In this document: in pieces, positions 63,400 through 64,000 of the stretch
Layout of the letters: each line of letters starts with the position of its first letter
How positions within the stretch are numbered: the stretch's first letter is position 1
From: Lama guanicoe
Lineage: Eukaryota
Assembly: GCA_013239625.1 (NCBI GenBank)
Contig: MU055886.1
Coordinates: 1,178,001 to 1,242,000 of the forward strand
Length of the DNA stretch: 64,000 nucleotides
Reading direction: 5' to 3'
The notes under the pieces: generated by a model
Told to the model about the DNA's origin: nothing
Seen by the model: the letters and a program-made list of their open reading frames with translations, nothing else
Database searches by the model: none
Program-made: the position numbers and the translations under genes

Positions 63400-64000
63400 T
63401 TTTTAGATATAATGCTTATTTTTTTCTGATTATAAAAATACTGCCCATCCATGATATCAAATTTAGAAAATACAGAGAAGTTTAGCAAAAGACACCCATT
63501 CTCTTACCACGTACCACCATTTTTCTCCTACTTTTATTTATTTTGTTTCTTACAAAATTGATTGTCTGACATACAATTTTGTGTGTTATTCTTTTGACTT
63601 AACATTATAAACTAACATTTTTCCACGTTAACTGTTTTCAAAAACATGATGGGCAATGCTTCAAAATGTTCTTTCATGAAGATACACTATAATTTATTTA
63701 ATCATTCACCTGTTTTTAGACATTTTCTTTCCAGTTTTTTCCTGAATAAGGCTATGATGAACATCTTAGTATACAAATTGACATCTGCCTCCTTGATTAT
63801 GTTTTAGAATAAATTTCTAAAAGTGGATTTCCTGAATCAAAGAGTTCTTGACACATACTGTTAAATTACATTCCAGGAAGAACATACCAATTTACTGTGC
63901 ATATGCAGGTATCCATTTCATCTCACCTTTGCCAAGCAGGGCATTATCATGAAAACTTTTTTTTTTAACTAATTTTGAAGGTAACAGAATGGACATCTCA
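63400..64000 (-). mobile_element. L1ME-type 3' relic
   Basis: T-rich: cactataatttatttaatcattc ... gacattt ... tttccagtttt ... gctatgatgaacatcttag ... tcacctttgccaa. Confidence 0.6.

Noticed and set aside
1-64000. CRISPR arrays, operons or other prokaryote-type systems
   Set aside because: The sequence is clearly mammalian intron/intergenic DNA, and no regularly spaced repeat-spacer array was seen.

Overview
Mammalian genomic DNA, very probably a camelid: it carries four tRNA-Ala-derived vic-1-type SINEs. The window holds the 5' end of FRMPD1 on the minus strand. This comprises a CpG-island promoter with non-coding exon 1 (donor at 48226/48225), a 39.6 kb intron 1, and the 105-nt exon 2 (8506-8610) encoding MEELESSLFQTRKAHRIEQMVARWLRRSRDSSA(R); exon 3 lies outside the window. 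The rest is intronic or intergenic sequence rich in L1/HAL1, L2, L3/CR1, MIR, MER and MLT1 relics, with three N gaps and a perfect 432-bp tandem duplication. No supplied ORF is supported as an independent protein-coding gene, and I see no convincing novel multi-gene system. The most interesting signals are regulatory. Exon 2 begins AG|GTAA-ATG, which rebuilds a 5' splice site after splicing (recursive-splicing configuration) and puts a stop codon directly before the start codon. Intron 1 also contains two candidate alternative promoters or first exons, near 28.3-28.45 kb and 35.8-35.9 kb. Repeat family names and boundaries were assigned by eye and are approximate.
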